DNA from: Candidatus Dormiibacterota bacterium
GTDB taxonomy: Bacteria; Chloroflexota; Dormibacteria; Dormibacterales; Dormibacteraceae
Assembly: GCA_046727555.1 (NCBI GenBank)
Contig: JBKPCW010000144.1
Location: 1 to 26,741 of the forward strand
Length of the DNA stretch: 26,741 bases
Reading direction: 5' to 3'
Within the stretch, counting starts at the first letter, position 1. Each line of letters begins with the position of its first letter. A program made the position numbers and the translations under genes. The notes beneath the pieces are model-generated. The model was not told the DNA's origin. It worked only from the letters and a program-made list of their open reading frames with translations, and did not search any database. This document shows, piece after piece, positions 1-7,944 of this stretch.

Positions 1-1644
1 TGGCTTGGTGCACAGGGCTGGTACGCGCTGCTGGTCGACGTGTTCGCGCTCCTGGTCCTGGTCGGCGTTCTGACCGCGTTCGTCATCCGCAAGGTCGTGA
101 AGCCGGCGCGCTTCGCGGGCAGCCACCTGGGCGAGGCCGACCTGATCCTGATCCTGATCGCCGGCATCGTCGTCACCCTGTTCCTCTGGCACTCGTCGCA
201 GATCGCCCTCGGGCGGAACGACTATCCCGCCTCGTGGGCGCCGATATCCCAGGCCCTCTCCCACCTGGTGGCGCCGGCCGCCCCGTGGCTCGAGCGGGTG
301 GCGGTCTGGGCGCACGTCCTGATCATCCTGTCGTTCCTGGTCTACCTCCCGTACTCCAAGCACCTCCACATCGGGGTCGCGGCGATCAACGTCTATTTCG
401 GACGCACGCGCGCGCGAGGGCGCCTGGAGCCGGTCGACTTTACGCTGCCGGACGACAAGATCCGATTCGGCGCGGCGCGCGCGACGGACATGACCTGGAA
501 GCAGATGCTCGACACCATGTCGTGCACCGAATGCGGCCGCTGCCAGGAGGTCTGCCCCGCCTACAACACAGGCAAGCCGCTCTCGCCGAAGCTGCTCATC
601 ATGGCCGAGCGCGACCACCTGCTCGGCCGGTCGCCGGAGCCCATCGTGCCCACCGCGGTCATCGACGACGTGGTGTGGGACTGCGTCACGTGCGGTGCGT
701 GCGTGCGCGAGTGCCCGGTGAGCATCGAGCACATCGACCACATCATCGACCTGCGCCGCAACCTGGTCATGGTCGAATCGCGGTTCCCGGGCGAGGCGGC
801 GGCGATGCTGCGCGACGTCGACCGCACGTCGAACCCGTGGGGCCGGCCGCAGTCAGACCGCACGCAGTGGGCCGAGGGGCTGGGCGTACGCGTGGTGCAG
901 CCGGGCGAGCGGGCGCCGGACGTCCTGTTCTGGGTTGGCTGCGCGCCCGCATTCGACGAGCGGGCGCGGCGCGCTGCTGTCTCGACGGCGAAGCTGCTGC
1001 AGTCGGCGGGCGTGGACTTTGCCATCCTCGGCCCGCGCGAGTCGTGCACCGGAGACCCGGCTCGGCGCATGGGCGACGAGTACACGTTCCAGCGCCTGGC
1101 CGGCGAGAACGTGGCCACGCTCAACGACGCGGCCGTGAAGAAGATCGTCACCACGTGCCCGCACTGCTTCAACACTCTCGGCAACGAATACCCGGACTTC
1201 GGTGGGCGCTACGAGGTGGTGCATCACACCGAGTTCCTCGCCGAGCTGGTGCGCGACGGCAAGCTCTCGCCGGTGGCGAGCGAGACGCCGATCACCTACC
1301 ACGACTCGTGCTACCTGGCCCGGCACAACGACGTCCGCGCGCAGCCGCGCGAGCTGGTCGCCGCGGTGGGCAAGCCCGTCGAGATGCCGCGCAACCGCGA
1401 GCGCACGTTCTGCTGCGGGGCGGGCGGGGCGAGGATGTGGATGGAAGAGAAGCGCGGCCGGCCGATCAACCAGGAGCGGGTGTGCGAGGCGGCGGCGACC
1501 GGCGCCGAGACGCTGGCGGTGGCGTGCCCGTTCTGCACGGTGATGCTGGACGACGGTGTGCGCGAGACGGGGGCGAAGCTGCAGGTGTTCGACCTGGCGA
1601 CGCTGCTCCATGAGGCCGTGGAGCGAAAGAAGCACGCGACTTGA
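1..1644 (+). CDS. Membrane-anchored heterodisulfide-reductase-like Fe-S oxidoreductase (FadF/HdrD/GlpC-like; NarI-like TM region, 2x[4Fe-4S], two CCG domains), 5'-truncated by the window edge
   Basis: Frame is open from base 1 (WLGAQGWYALLVDVF...). TM helices ending in YLPYSKHLH; CTECGRCQEVCP and CVTCGACVRECP ferredoxin motifs; CCG-domain motifs WVGC, ESCTGD, TTCPHC, YHDSC, CCGAGG, ACPFC; stop TGA at 1642-1644. Confidence 0.88.
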   Translation, partial: WLGAQGWYALLVDVFALLVLVGVLTAFVIRKVVKPARFAGSHLGEADLILILIAGIVVTLFLWHSSQIALGRNDYPASWAPISQALSHLVAPAAPWLERVAVWAHVLIILSFLVYLPYSKHLHIGVAAINVYFGRTRARGRLEPVDFTLPDDKIRFGAARATDMTWKQMLDTMSCTECGRCQEVCPAYNTGKPLSPKLLIMAERDHLLGRSPEPIVPTAVIDDVVWDCVTCGACVRECPVSIEHIDHIIDLRRNLVMVESRFPGEAAAMLRDVDRTSNPWGRPQSDRTQWAEGLGVRVVQPGERAPDVLFWVGCAPAFDERARRAAVSTAKLLQSAGVDFAILGPRESCTGDPARRMGDEYTFQRLAGENVATLNDAAVKKIVTTCPHCFNTLGNEYPDFGGRYEVVHHTEFLAELVRDGKLSPVASETPITYHDSCYLARHNDVRAQPRELVAAVGKPVEMPRNRERTFCCGAGGARMWMEEKRGRPINQERVCEAAATGAETLAVACPFCTVMLDDGVRETGAKLQVFDLATLLHEAVERKKHAT

Positions 1645-1674
1645 TCCAATCGCGGTGCGTTTGACGCTGGGAGC

Positions 1675-1698
1675 TTCGCGATTCGATCAAATCGCGAA
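1675..1698. terminator. Hairpin between convergent genes, probable bidirectional terminator
   Basis: ttcgcgatt (1675-1683) and aatcgcgaa (1690-1698) form a perfect 9-bp stem with a 6-nt loop between the stops at 1644 (+) and 1703 (-). No strong U-tract. Confidence 0.5.
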
Positions 1699-1702
1699 AG
1701 GG

Positions 1703-2590
1703 TCAGGCTGCGGAGGTCCGGAAGAGCACCCTGTTTTGAGACGGATCGGTGGCTGCGAGGCCGCCGTCTTCTTCTTCTAGCCGCACGTCGCCATGTTCGA
1801 GGCGGGTCACGACGTCGGCCAGGTCGCGCTTCGTAGGCAGCTCGACAGTGAACCGGCGCAGGCCGGCCGATCCCTCCGGCGCGGGGCGCGCGCCCCGACC
1901 CGCCCATGTGTTCAGGCCAAGGTGGTGGTGGTAGCCGCCGGCGGAGACGAAACCCACGCCCGGCACGTGGCCCATCACGTCGAAGCCCACGAGGTCGTGG
2001 TAGAAGCGCAGCGCGTCGTCGACGTCGGCGACGTGAAGATGGACGTGTCCCATCCGGGTCCCGTCCGGCATCGGAGTGTCGAGAAGATCGTCCTCGCGCA
2101 GGTGGCTGAACAGCTCCTCGAGGTCGATCGGGTCACGGCCCGAGCGCGGCTTGCCGTCTTTGTCGTAGGCGACGAAGGTGCCGTTGCCGAAGCCCATCGT
2201 CCCGTCCTCGGGCGACTCGGTGTAGATCTCGATCCCGTTGCCGTCCGGATCCCAGAGGTAGTTGGCCTTGGTCATCACGTGGTCGGTGGGGTACTGCTCC
2301 CACCGCAGCCGGGCCAGCCGGGCGATGACGCGCGCCAGCTCGCGGCGGTCGGGAACGACGATCGCGAGGTGGTACAGACCCGAGGTGCGCGCCACGACCG
2401 GGCGCTCGGCGCCGGGATGGAGGACCACCAGCTCGCGCTCGCCCACCCCCATCCGCAGCTCGGGCCCGTCCGAAGGCAGCGGGGCCAGGCCGACGTAGTC
2501 GCGGTAGAAGCGCAGGGCGCGTTCGGCGTCCGTGACCGCGACCTCGACGGCTCCCATGCCGGTCCTGGCCGCGATGGATTGCGTCTGCAT
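1703..2590 (-). CDS. Two-domain VOC/glyoxalase family protein (CatE/YfiE-like extradiol dioxygenase family)
   Basis: GLYHLAIVVP, DHVMTKANYLWDPDGNGIEIY, MGHVHLHVAD and GGYHHHLGLNTW motifs; 295 aa. Confidence 0.85.
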   Translation of the reverse strand: MQTQSIAARTGMGAVEVAVTDAERALRFYRDYVGLAPLPSDGPELRMGVGERELVVLHPGAERPVVARTSGLYHLAIVVPDRRELARVIARLARLRWEQYPTDHVMTKANYLWDPDGNGIEIYTESPEDGTMGFGNGTFVAYDKDGKPRSGRDPIDLEELFSHLREDDLLDTPMPDGTRMGHVHLHVADVDDALRFYHDLVGFDVMGHVPGVGFVSAGGYHHHLGLNTWAGRGARPAPEGSAGLRRFTVELPTKRDLADVVTRLEHGDVRLEEEDGGLAATDPSQNRVLFRTSAA

Positions 2591-2643
2591 CAGAGGATTT
2601 CTACCCAGCCGTATCCCTGCATATTCAGCGGACCTAGAGGTAC

Positions 2644-2775
2644 CCCCTCACCCCGACCCTCTCCCCTGCGGGGAGAGGGAGTCTGCTCCGGCCCCTCACC
2701 GCGACCCTCTCCCCTGCGGGCAGAGGGAGTCTGCTCCAGCCCCTCACCCCGACCCTCTCCCCTCCGGGGAGAGGG
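2644..2775. repeat. Three tandem 48-bp REP-like palindromic units
   Basis: Units start at 2644, 2692 and 2740: cccctcacc(c/g)cgaccctctcccct(g/c)cggg(g/c)agaggg, followed by agtctgctcc(g/a)g in units 1 and 2. Each carries a ccctctcccc-N3-ggggagaggg hairpin (one mismatch in unit 2). Confidence 0.9.
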
Positions 2776-2784
2776 GGAGACTTC

Positions 2785-4491
2785 TCACGACAGGCCGAGG
2801 ATGTTCCCGTCCTCGTCGATGTCGATGCTGGCCGCGATCGGCGTCGTCGGCAGGCCGGGCATGGTCCGCATCTCGCCGCAGATCGGGTAGATGAACCCCG
2901 CGCCGACCGACGCCCGAACCTCCCGCACCGGCAGCACCCACCCGGTCGGGGCGCCCTTCAGCTTCGGGTCGGACGAGATCGACAGATGGGTCTTGGCGAT
3001 GCACACGGGCAGCCGGCCGAAGCCGCTCGCCTCGTACGCGTCGATCTGCCGAGCGGCGGGCGCGTCGTACTCGACGCCGCGTGCGCCGTAGATGCGCAGC
3101 GCGATGGTCTCGATCTTCTCCCGCAGCGTCGCGGCGTCCGGGTAGAGGAGCTGGAACACGCTCGGCTCTTCAGCGGCCGCGGCCACCATCTCCGCCAGCT
3201 CGACCGCGCCCTCACCGCCGTCGGCAAAGTTGCGGCAGACGGCCGACCGGACGCCGAGGTGCTCGGCCAGCTCGCGGATCGCGCGGTGCTCTGACGGGTG
3301 GTCGCCAGGGAAGGCGTTGATCGCCACCACCGGCGTGACACCGTGGATCTGGATGTTCTCCACCTGCTTGCGGAGGTTGGCCGCACCGGCCAGCACGTCG
3401 TCGGGGTTCTCCTTCAACAGGTCCGGCGGCAGCGGCCTGCCGGCGACGACGCGGTACTTGCCGGAGTGCACCTTCAGCGCGCGCACGGTGGCGACGATCA
3501 CCGCGGCATCGGGGGCCAGGCCGGACGTCCGGCACTTGATGTTGAAGAAGCGCTCGGCGCCCATGTCCGCGCCGAAGCCGGCCTCCGTCACCAGGAAGTC
3601 GCCGCCGTGGATGCCGATCATGTCGGCGAGCACCGACGAGGCGCCGTTGGCGATGTTGCCGAACGGGCCGGCGTGGACGAGCACCGGCGTGTTCTCCAGC
3701 GTCTGCAGGAGGTTCGGCTTGATGGCGTCGCGCATGATCACCGTCATCGCCCCGCCGGCGTGGAGGAAGTCGGCGGTGATGGGCTGGCCGTCGCGCGCCA
3801 GGCCGATGACCATACGTCCCAGGCGCTTGCGCATGTCCTGAAGCGAGGTCGCGAGCGCGAGCACAGCCATCACCTCGGACGCCGCGGTGATGTCGAACCC
3901 GGTCTGACGCACGACGCCGTCCTCCGGCGCGCCAAGACCGACGACGACGTTGCGCAGCACCCGGTCGCTCACGTCGAGCACCCGCCGCCAGGTGATGCTG
4001 TGGAGGTCGATCGGGAACTCGCGCAGGCTGTGGTGGATGAAGTTGTCGATCATCGCGGCCAGCAGGTTGTGCGCCGCCGTCACCGCGTGGAAGTCACCCG
4101 TCAGGTGCAGGTTCAGGCGCTCCATCGGCACGACCTGGCTGTAGCCGCCGCCGGCGGCGCCGCCCTTGATGCCGAAGGTCGGGCCCATGGACGGTTGGCG
4201 GATGGCGACGGTCGCGCGCTTGCCGATCCTGCCGAGGGCGTCGCCGAGGCCGACGGTGGTCGTCGTCTTGCCCTCGCCGAGAGGTGTCGGCGTGATGGCG
4301 GAGACGACGACGTACCTGGCCTTGGGCCTGTCGCGCAGCTCCTCGATCGCTTCGAGCTTGATCTTGGCGACGTCGTGGCCGTAGGGCTCGAGCAGGTGCG
4401 GTCCGATGCCCATCCTGGCCGCGATTTCGGGCATGGGCACCAGGCGCGCCTTGCGCGCGATCTCAAGGTCGGTCGGGAACTCCACCTTCAT
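2785..4491 (-). CDS. fhs: Formate--tetrahydrofolate ligase
   Basis: 568 aa; TPLGEGKTTT P-loop, IKGGAAGGGYSQVVPME, LHLTGDFHAVTAAHNLL, GFDITAASEVMA, VTEAGFGADMGAERF, CIAKTHLS, MRTMPGL. Confidence 0.97.
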   Translation of the reverse strand: MKVEFPTDLEIARKARLVPMPEIAARMGIGPHLLEPYGHDVAKIKLEAIEELRDRPKARYVVVSAITPTPLGEGKTTTTVGLGDALGRIGKRATVAIRQPSMGPTFGIKGGAAGGGYSQVVPMERLNLHLTGDFHAVTAAHNLLAAMIDNFIHHSLREFPIDLHSITWRRVLDVSDRVLRNVVVGLGAPEDGVVRQTGFDITAASEVMAVLALATSLQDMRKRLGRMVIGLARDGQPITADFLHAGGAMTVIMRDAIKPNLLQTLENTPVLVHAGPFGNIANGASSVLADMIGIHGGDFLVTEAGFGADMGAERFFNIKCRTSGLAPDAAVIVATVRALKVHSGKYRVVAGRPLPPDLLKENPDDVLAGAANLRKQVENIQIHGVTPVVAINAFPGDHPSEHRAIRELAEHLGVRSAVCRNFADGGEGAVELAEMVAAAAEEPSVFQLLYPDAATLREKIETIALRIYGARGVEYDAPAARQIDAYEASGFGRLPVCIAKTHLSISSDPKLKGAPTGWVLPVREVRASVGAGFIYPICGEMRTMPGLPTTPIAASIDIDEDGNILGLS

Positions 4492-4501
4492 CGCACCACT
4501 C

Positions 4502-5350
4502 CTACGACAACTTCGCCAGCATCTCCTGGCGCCACCTTTCAGTCGGCTCGATCTCGTTGAACGTGAACACGTGCAGGCCCGCGACCCGGCGCTGGGGCGC
4601 CGCGATCCCGTCCATCAACGCGCCCAGGAAGCGCTGGGGCTCGTATCCGCCGGGCCGGAACATGCGCGCCACCCAGCTCGGGTGGCCGCGCAGGAAGCGG
4701 GCCGCGTCGGCGACTCCGATCCTGGTCGACACTCGCAGCAGGCGGACCGGGTCGGCGACGCCGGCCATGCCGATGTAGATCGGCAGCTCGACCCCGCGCC
4801 GGCGCACGCGCTCCACCCAGCGCTTCACAGTCTCGGCGTCGAAGCTCATGTTGCTGACGATGTAGGTGGCGACGCGGCGCTTGTCCCACATGGCCTGGAT
4901 GGTCACGTCGTCGTCGATGAACGGATGGCTCTCGGGATAGCCGGTGACCCCGATGTCGGCGAAGCCGTGGCCGTGCGGGAGGGCCTGGATCAGGGAGATG
5001 GAGTCCGGGAACGCGCCCGCCTCTCTCGCGTCGCCGGCGACGACGAAGATCTCTGTGATTCGCGCCGAACGCAGCCTGTCGACGATCCGGTCGAGCTCGG
5101 CGGTGTCGCGCACGAGGCGCGCGGAGAGGTGGGGCACAGCGTGGTACCCGAGCTCCGCGAGCCTCACGGCCACGTCGACCGTGGGTGCCATGCCCCGGCG
5201 GGGGGACGCCGTGACGGCGACGACCACCTCGCGCGGCACGTTGGCGGCGACGAGCTCGACCACACCGTCGGTGGGCAGCACCTCGTAGCGCGGGCTGCGG
5301 AGGAAGGCGGCGAGCGTGCCACCCTTCTCAGCCCGAAGAGGCTTCACCAC
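4502..5350 (-). CDS. metF: 5,10-methylenetetrahydrofolate reductase (short MetF-type); start probably GTG at 5350 or 5347, not 5380
   Basis: RYEVLP, VPHLSAR, VVAGD, GVTGYPESHP and GLHVFTFN motifs. SD-like gcaggt lies upstream of 5350. The ORF-track start at 5380 falls inside a predicted promoter. Confidence 0.85.
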   Translation of the reverse strand: MVKPLRAEKGGTLAAFLRSPRYEVLPTDGVVELVAANVPREVVVAVTASPRRGMAPTVDVAVRLAELGYHAVPHLSARLVRDTAELDRIVDRLRSARITEIFVVAGDAREAGAFPDSISLIQALPHGHGFADIGVTGYPESHPFIDDDVTIQAMWDKRRVATYIVSNMSFDAETVKRWVERVRRRGVELPIYIGMAGVADPVRLLRVSTRIGVADAARFLRGHPSWVARMFRPGGYEPQRFLGALMDGIAAPQRRVAGLHVFTFNEIEPTERWRQEMLAKLS

Positions 5351-5368
5351 GCCCACCTGCGGTGTCGC

Positions 5369-5397
5369 ACTATACGCCACTGTCGCGCCATGCGCAA
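5369..5397 (-). promoter_or_regulatory. Sigma70-type promoter for metF-fhs
   Basis: Minus strand reads TTGCGC (5397-5392), N17, TATAGT (5374-5369), in the 51-bp gap between the phosphoesterase stop and metF. Confidence 0.65.
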
Positions 5398-5401
5398 CAC
5401 A

Positions 5402-6868
5402 TCAGAACGGCGCCGGCAGCAGCAAGATGGCATTTCGATCGGCGGGCGTGCCTGCCCGGATCGGCTCAAAGCCGCTCAGCGGCACGTTCGCCGCGAGCTC
5501 GCGGTGCAGGCCGGCCAGTCCCCGGCCGTCGTGGTCGAGCATCGTGCACCCGAGGGCGAGCAGCCCGCCCTCGGTGGCGTAGACCTCCACCGTCCTCGCC
5601 TGGCATGGCCAGTCGATGATCGAGCCGGTCGTCACCTCCCAGAAGGTGCCGCGCGGCGTGATCCGGTTGCTGTGCGTGTGGCCGTTGAGCCACAGGATGA
5701 CGTTGCCGAAGCGCTGAAGCAGGTCGAGAAGCTCGGCCGCGTGCTGCTCGCAGCGCGGGTTGGACAGCGTGTCGTAACCGTGGTGGGAGAGCAGGACGAC
5801 GTAGCGGTCTTCGTTACGCGTCGGCAGCTTCGCCCCATCGCGGGACCGGAACGACGAGTGCACCTCCTCGAGGCGCCGCTCGAGCCAGTGCATCTGCTGT
5901 GGGGCGATCGTCCCGTCCGCCCCGCCCTCGTCGCACACCGTGTCCAGGGTGATGAACCGCAGCAGGCCGTGGTCGCGCACGTGGTAGGACTCCTCGAACA
6001 GGTCGCCGCGCTCGATCGAGCGGCGCTCCGGGTCGGGGGAGATGTCGCGATAAGGCCCGGCCAGGAATCGTTCCGGAGAGACGGCGAACGTCTCCACCGC
6101 CGTGTCGGGGTCGATGCCTTCCGGCATGTCCACCGGCTTGCGCCAACCCGTCATCGCCCTGGCCAGCGCCGGCGTGACGAGACCGACGCCCTGGCAGACC
6201 TGCTCGTGGTTGCCCCAGCAGCGAAGCCAGGGCAGGCGGAGCCCATCCGAGTGGAACTCGAGCGCCGCCTCCTCCAGCAGGCCGGGGCGACGCGGGTAGC
6301 CCAGGTCGCGCTGGAACACGTCGCCGTCCTCGGCGCCGTCCGGCTTCCAGTAGATGTCGCCCGGCCAATCCACCCTCTGCACGCCGTCGTAACCGGGCGC
6401 GCCCGAGTCGGGCCGCACCGTGCCGCCGTCCATCAGGGCGAGGAAGCCGGCGAGCTCATTGCGCTGCGTGTTGTCAACGGCGTCGCCGGTCACGGCCGCG
6501 ATTCGTGGCGCCGCGCCCGTGAGCGGACATGACTCGACGTCGTTGATCGTCCGCACCATCGCGGCGATGGCGTGCGTGCTCAGCATCTCGTGCGGCCGCT
6601 GCATCGTGATGAGCTCGCGAAAGCGCGGGTCGCGCCAGAAGCGGTTGACGAACTCGAAGCGGGCGGGCGACTGGGCGTCGATGACGTGCAGGTCGGTGAG
6701 GTGGGCGATGACCGCGATCGCCTCTCCCTTCGGGATCGCGTCCGCATCCGGCGACGCGACGAGCTCTGTGCGCACGATGTGCGGCTCGCCTGGACCTTCG
6801 ACCACGGCGCGATAGCTCTTCCGCACGATCGCGCCGGGGACAAGCGTCCTCTCCGACGTGAAGGTCAC
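5402..6868 (-). CDS. Calcineurin-like metallophosphoesterase, TIGR03767-like, without signal peptide
   Basis: All five metal-binding motifs present: DLH, GDAVD, GNHE, SHH, GHTH. YRAVVEGPGEPHIVR and DAQSPARFEF are typical of this family. GTG start 6868 overlaps the ATPase stop (GTGA); 488 aa. The 750-aa ORF-track call is an upstream in-frame extension. Confidence 0.85.
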   Translation of the reverse strand: MTFTSERTLVPGAIVRKSYRAVVEGPGEPHIVRTELVASPDADAIPKGEAIAVIAHLTDLHVIDAQSPARFEFVNRFWRDPRFRELITMQRPHEMLSTHAIAAMVRTINDVESCPLTGAAPRIAAVTGDAVDNTQRNELAGFLALMDGGTVRPDSGAPGYDGVQRVDWPGDIYWKPDGAEDGDVFQRDLGYPRRPGLLEEAALEFHSDGLRLPWLRCWGNHEQVCQGVGLVTPALARAMTGWRKPVDMPEGIDPDTAVETFAVSPERFLAGPYRDISPDPERRSIERGDLFEESYHVRDHGLLRFITLDTVCDEGGADGTIAPQQMHWLERRLEEVHSSFRSRDGAKLPTRNEDRYVVLLSHHGYDTLSNPRCEQHAAELLDLLQRFGNVILWLNGHTHSNRITPRGTFWEVTTGSIIDWPCQARTVEVYATEGGLLALGCTMLDHDGRGLAGLHRELAANVPLSGFEPIRAGTPADRNAILLLPAPF

Positions 6869-7944
6869 GCGCCGACCGAGGCTGCTTCTTCCCTCTGCAC
6901 GAGGACAGGGTCGGGGCGGAGGACGAGCCGGACCTTGGAGCCGGCCGGGTGCTCCGAGGCGGCCGCGGTCGGGAGCTGGGCGAGGACCGTGGTGTCGCCG
7001 AGGTCGACGGTGACGCGGCTCACGGCGCCAAGGAACGCGACGGCGATCACTGTGCCGACCAGCGGGCCGCCCGACCCGTCGGCGTTGCCGGCGATGCTCA
7101 CCGCCTCCGGCCTGACCAGCGCGATCGCCGGCCCGTCCGGCACGTCGGGGTGGACCAGCGGGATCGTGGTACCGCGGATCTCGACCGAGCCGCCGCGCAC
7201 TGTGCCCGCCATGCGGTTGGTCAGACCGACGAAGTCGGCGACGAAAGGAGTCGCCGGGCGCGAATAGACCAGCGTCGGCGGACCGAGCTGCTCGAGCTTG
7301 CCCGCCTGCATGACGCCGACGCGGTCGGCGATGGCGAGCGCCTCCTCCTGGTCGTGCGTCACGAAGAGCGTCGTGATGCCGACCTCGAGCTGGACGCGGC
7401 GGATCTCGTCGCGCAGACGCGCGCGCACCTTGGCGTCGAGCGCGGACAGCGGCTCGTCGAGAAGCAGCACCTGCGGCTGGATGGCCAGGGCGCGGGCCAG
7501 GGCCACGCGCTGCTGCTGGCCGCCGGACATCTGGTTGGCGTAGCGGTTGGCGAACCGGCCGAGGCCGACCAGCTCGAGCATCGCGAGCGCCCGCTTCTTG
7601 CGCTCGGCGGTGCCCACGCCGCGCATCTGCAGACCGAACGCGACGTTCTCCCACGCGACCATGTGCGGGAAGAGCGAGTAGGCCTGGAAAACCATGCCGA
7701 TGTTCCGCTTGTTGGTCGGGAGGTCGGTCACGTCCTGCCCGGCGATGACCACCCGGCCCTCATCCGCCTGCTCGAGACCGGCGAGGAGGCGCAGCGCAGT
7801 CGTCTTGCCGCAGCCCGACGGGCCGAGGAGCGCGACCAGCTCGCCCGGCGCGAGCGTCAGCGACAGCCCGTCGAGCGCGGTGACCGTGCCGTAGCGGCGG
7901 ACCAGGCTCTCGAGCCGGACCTCGACGCCGGACCTTTCGCTCAT
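6865..7944 (-). CDS. ABC transporter ATP-binding subunit (PotA/AfuC-like, C-terminal TOBE)
   Basis: GPSGCGKTT, MSGGQQQR, LLLDEP and VTHDQEEA motifs; ATG 7944 overlaps the permease stop (ATGA); 359 aa. Confidence 0.95.
   Translation of the reverse strand: MSERSGVEVRLESLVRRYGTVTALDGLSLTLAPGELVALLGPSGCGKTTALRLLAGLEQADEGRVVIAGQDVTDLPTNKRNIGMVFQAYSLFPHMVAWENVAFGLQMRGVGTAERKKRALAMLELVGLGRFANRYANQMSGGQQQRVALARALAIQPQVLLLDEPLSALDAKVRARLRDEIRRVQLEVGITTLFVTHDQEEALAIADRVGVMQAGKLEQLGPPTLVYSRPATPFVADFVGLTNRMAGTVRGGSVEIRGTTIPLVHPDVPDGPAIALVRPEAVSIAGNADGSGGPLVGTVIAVAFLGAVSRVTVDLGDTTVLAQLPTAAASEHPAGSKVRLVLRPDPVLVQREEAASVGA

Noticed and set aside
2644-2775. Possible CRISPR array
   Set aside because: Only three units, the inter-hairpin segments are nearly identical 12-mers rather than unique spacers, and there are no cas genes.
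2532-2894. ORFs with PHPDPLP / PSPRPSPLRGEG repeats
   Set aside because: They are translations of the 48-bp DNA repeat, not proteins.
4406-6532. 708-aa plus-strand ORF and other long antisense or alternate-frame ORFs (e.g. 234-1613, 3298-4560, 10981-12384, 11073-12743, 17245-18501, 22031-23386)
   Set aside because: They shadow well-supported genes, are Arg/Ala/Gly/Pro-rich without motifs, and are expected from stop-codon scarcity in GC-rich DNA.
6869-7654. N-terminal 260 aa of the 750-aa ORF-track call
   Set aside because: It overlaps the ABC ATPase in another frame; the phosphoesterase begins at GTG 6868.
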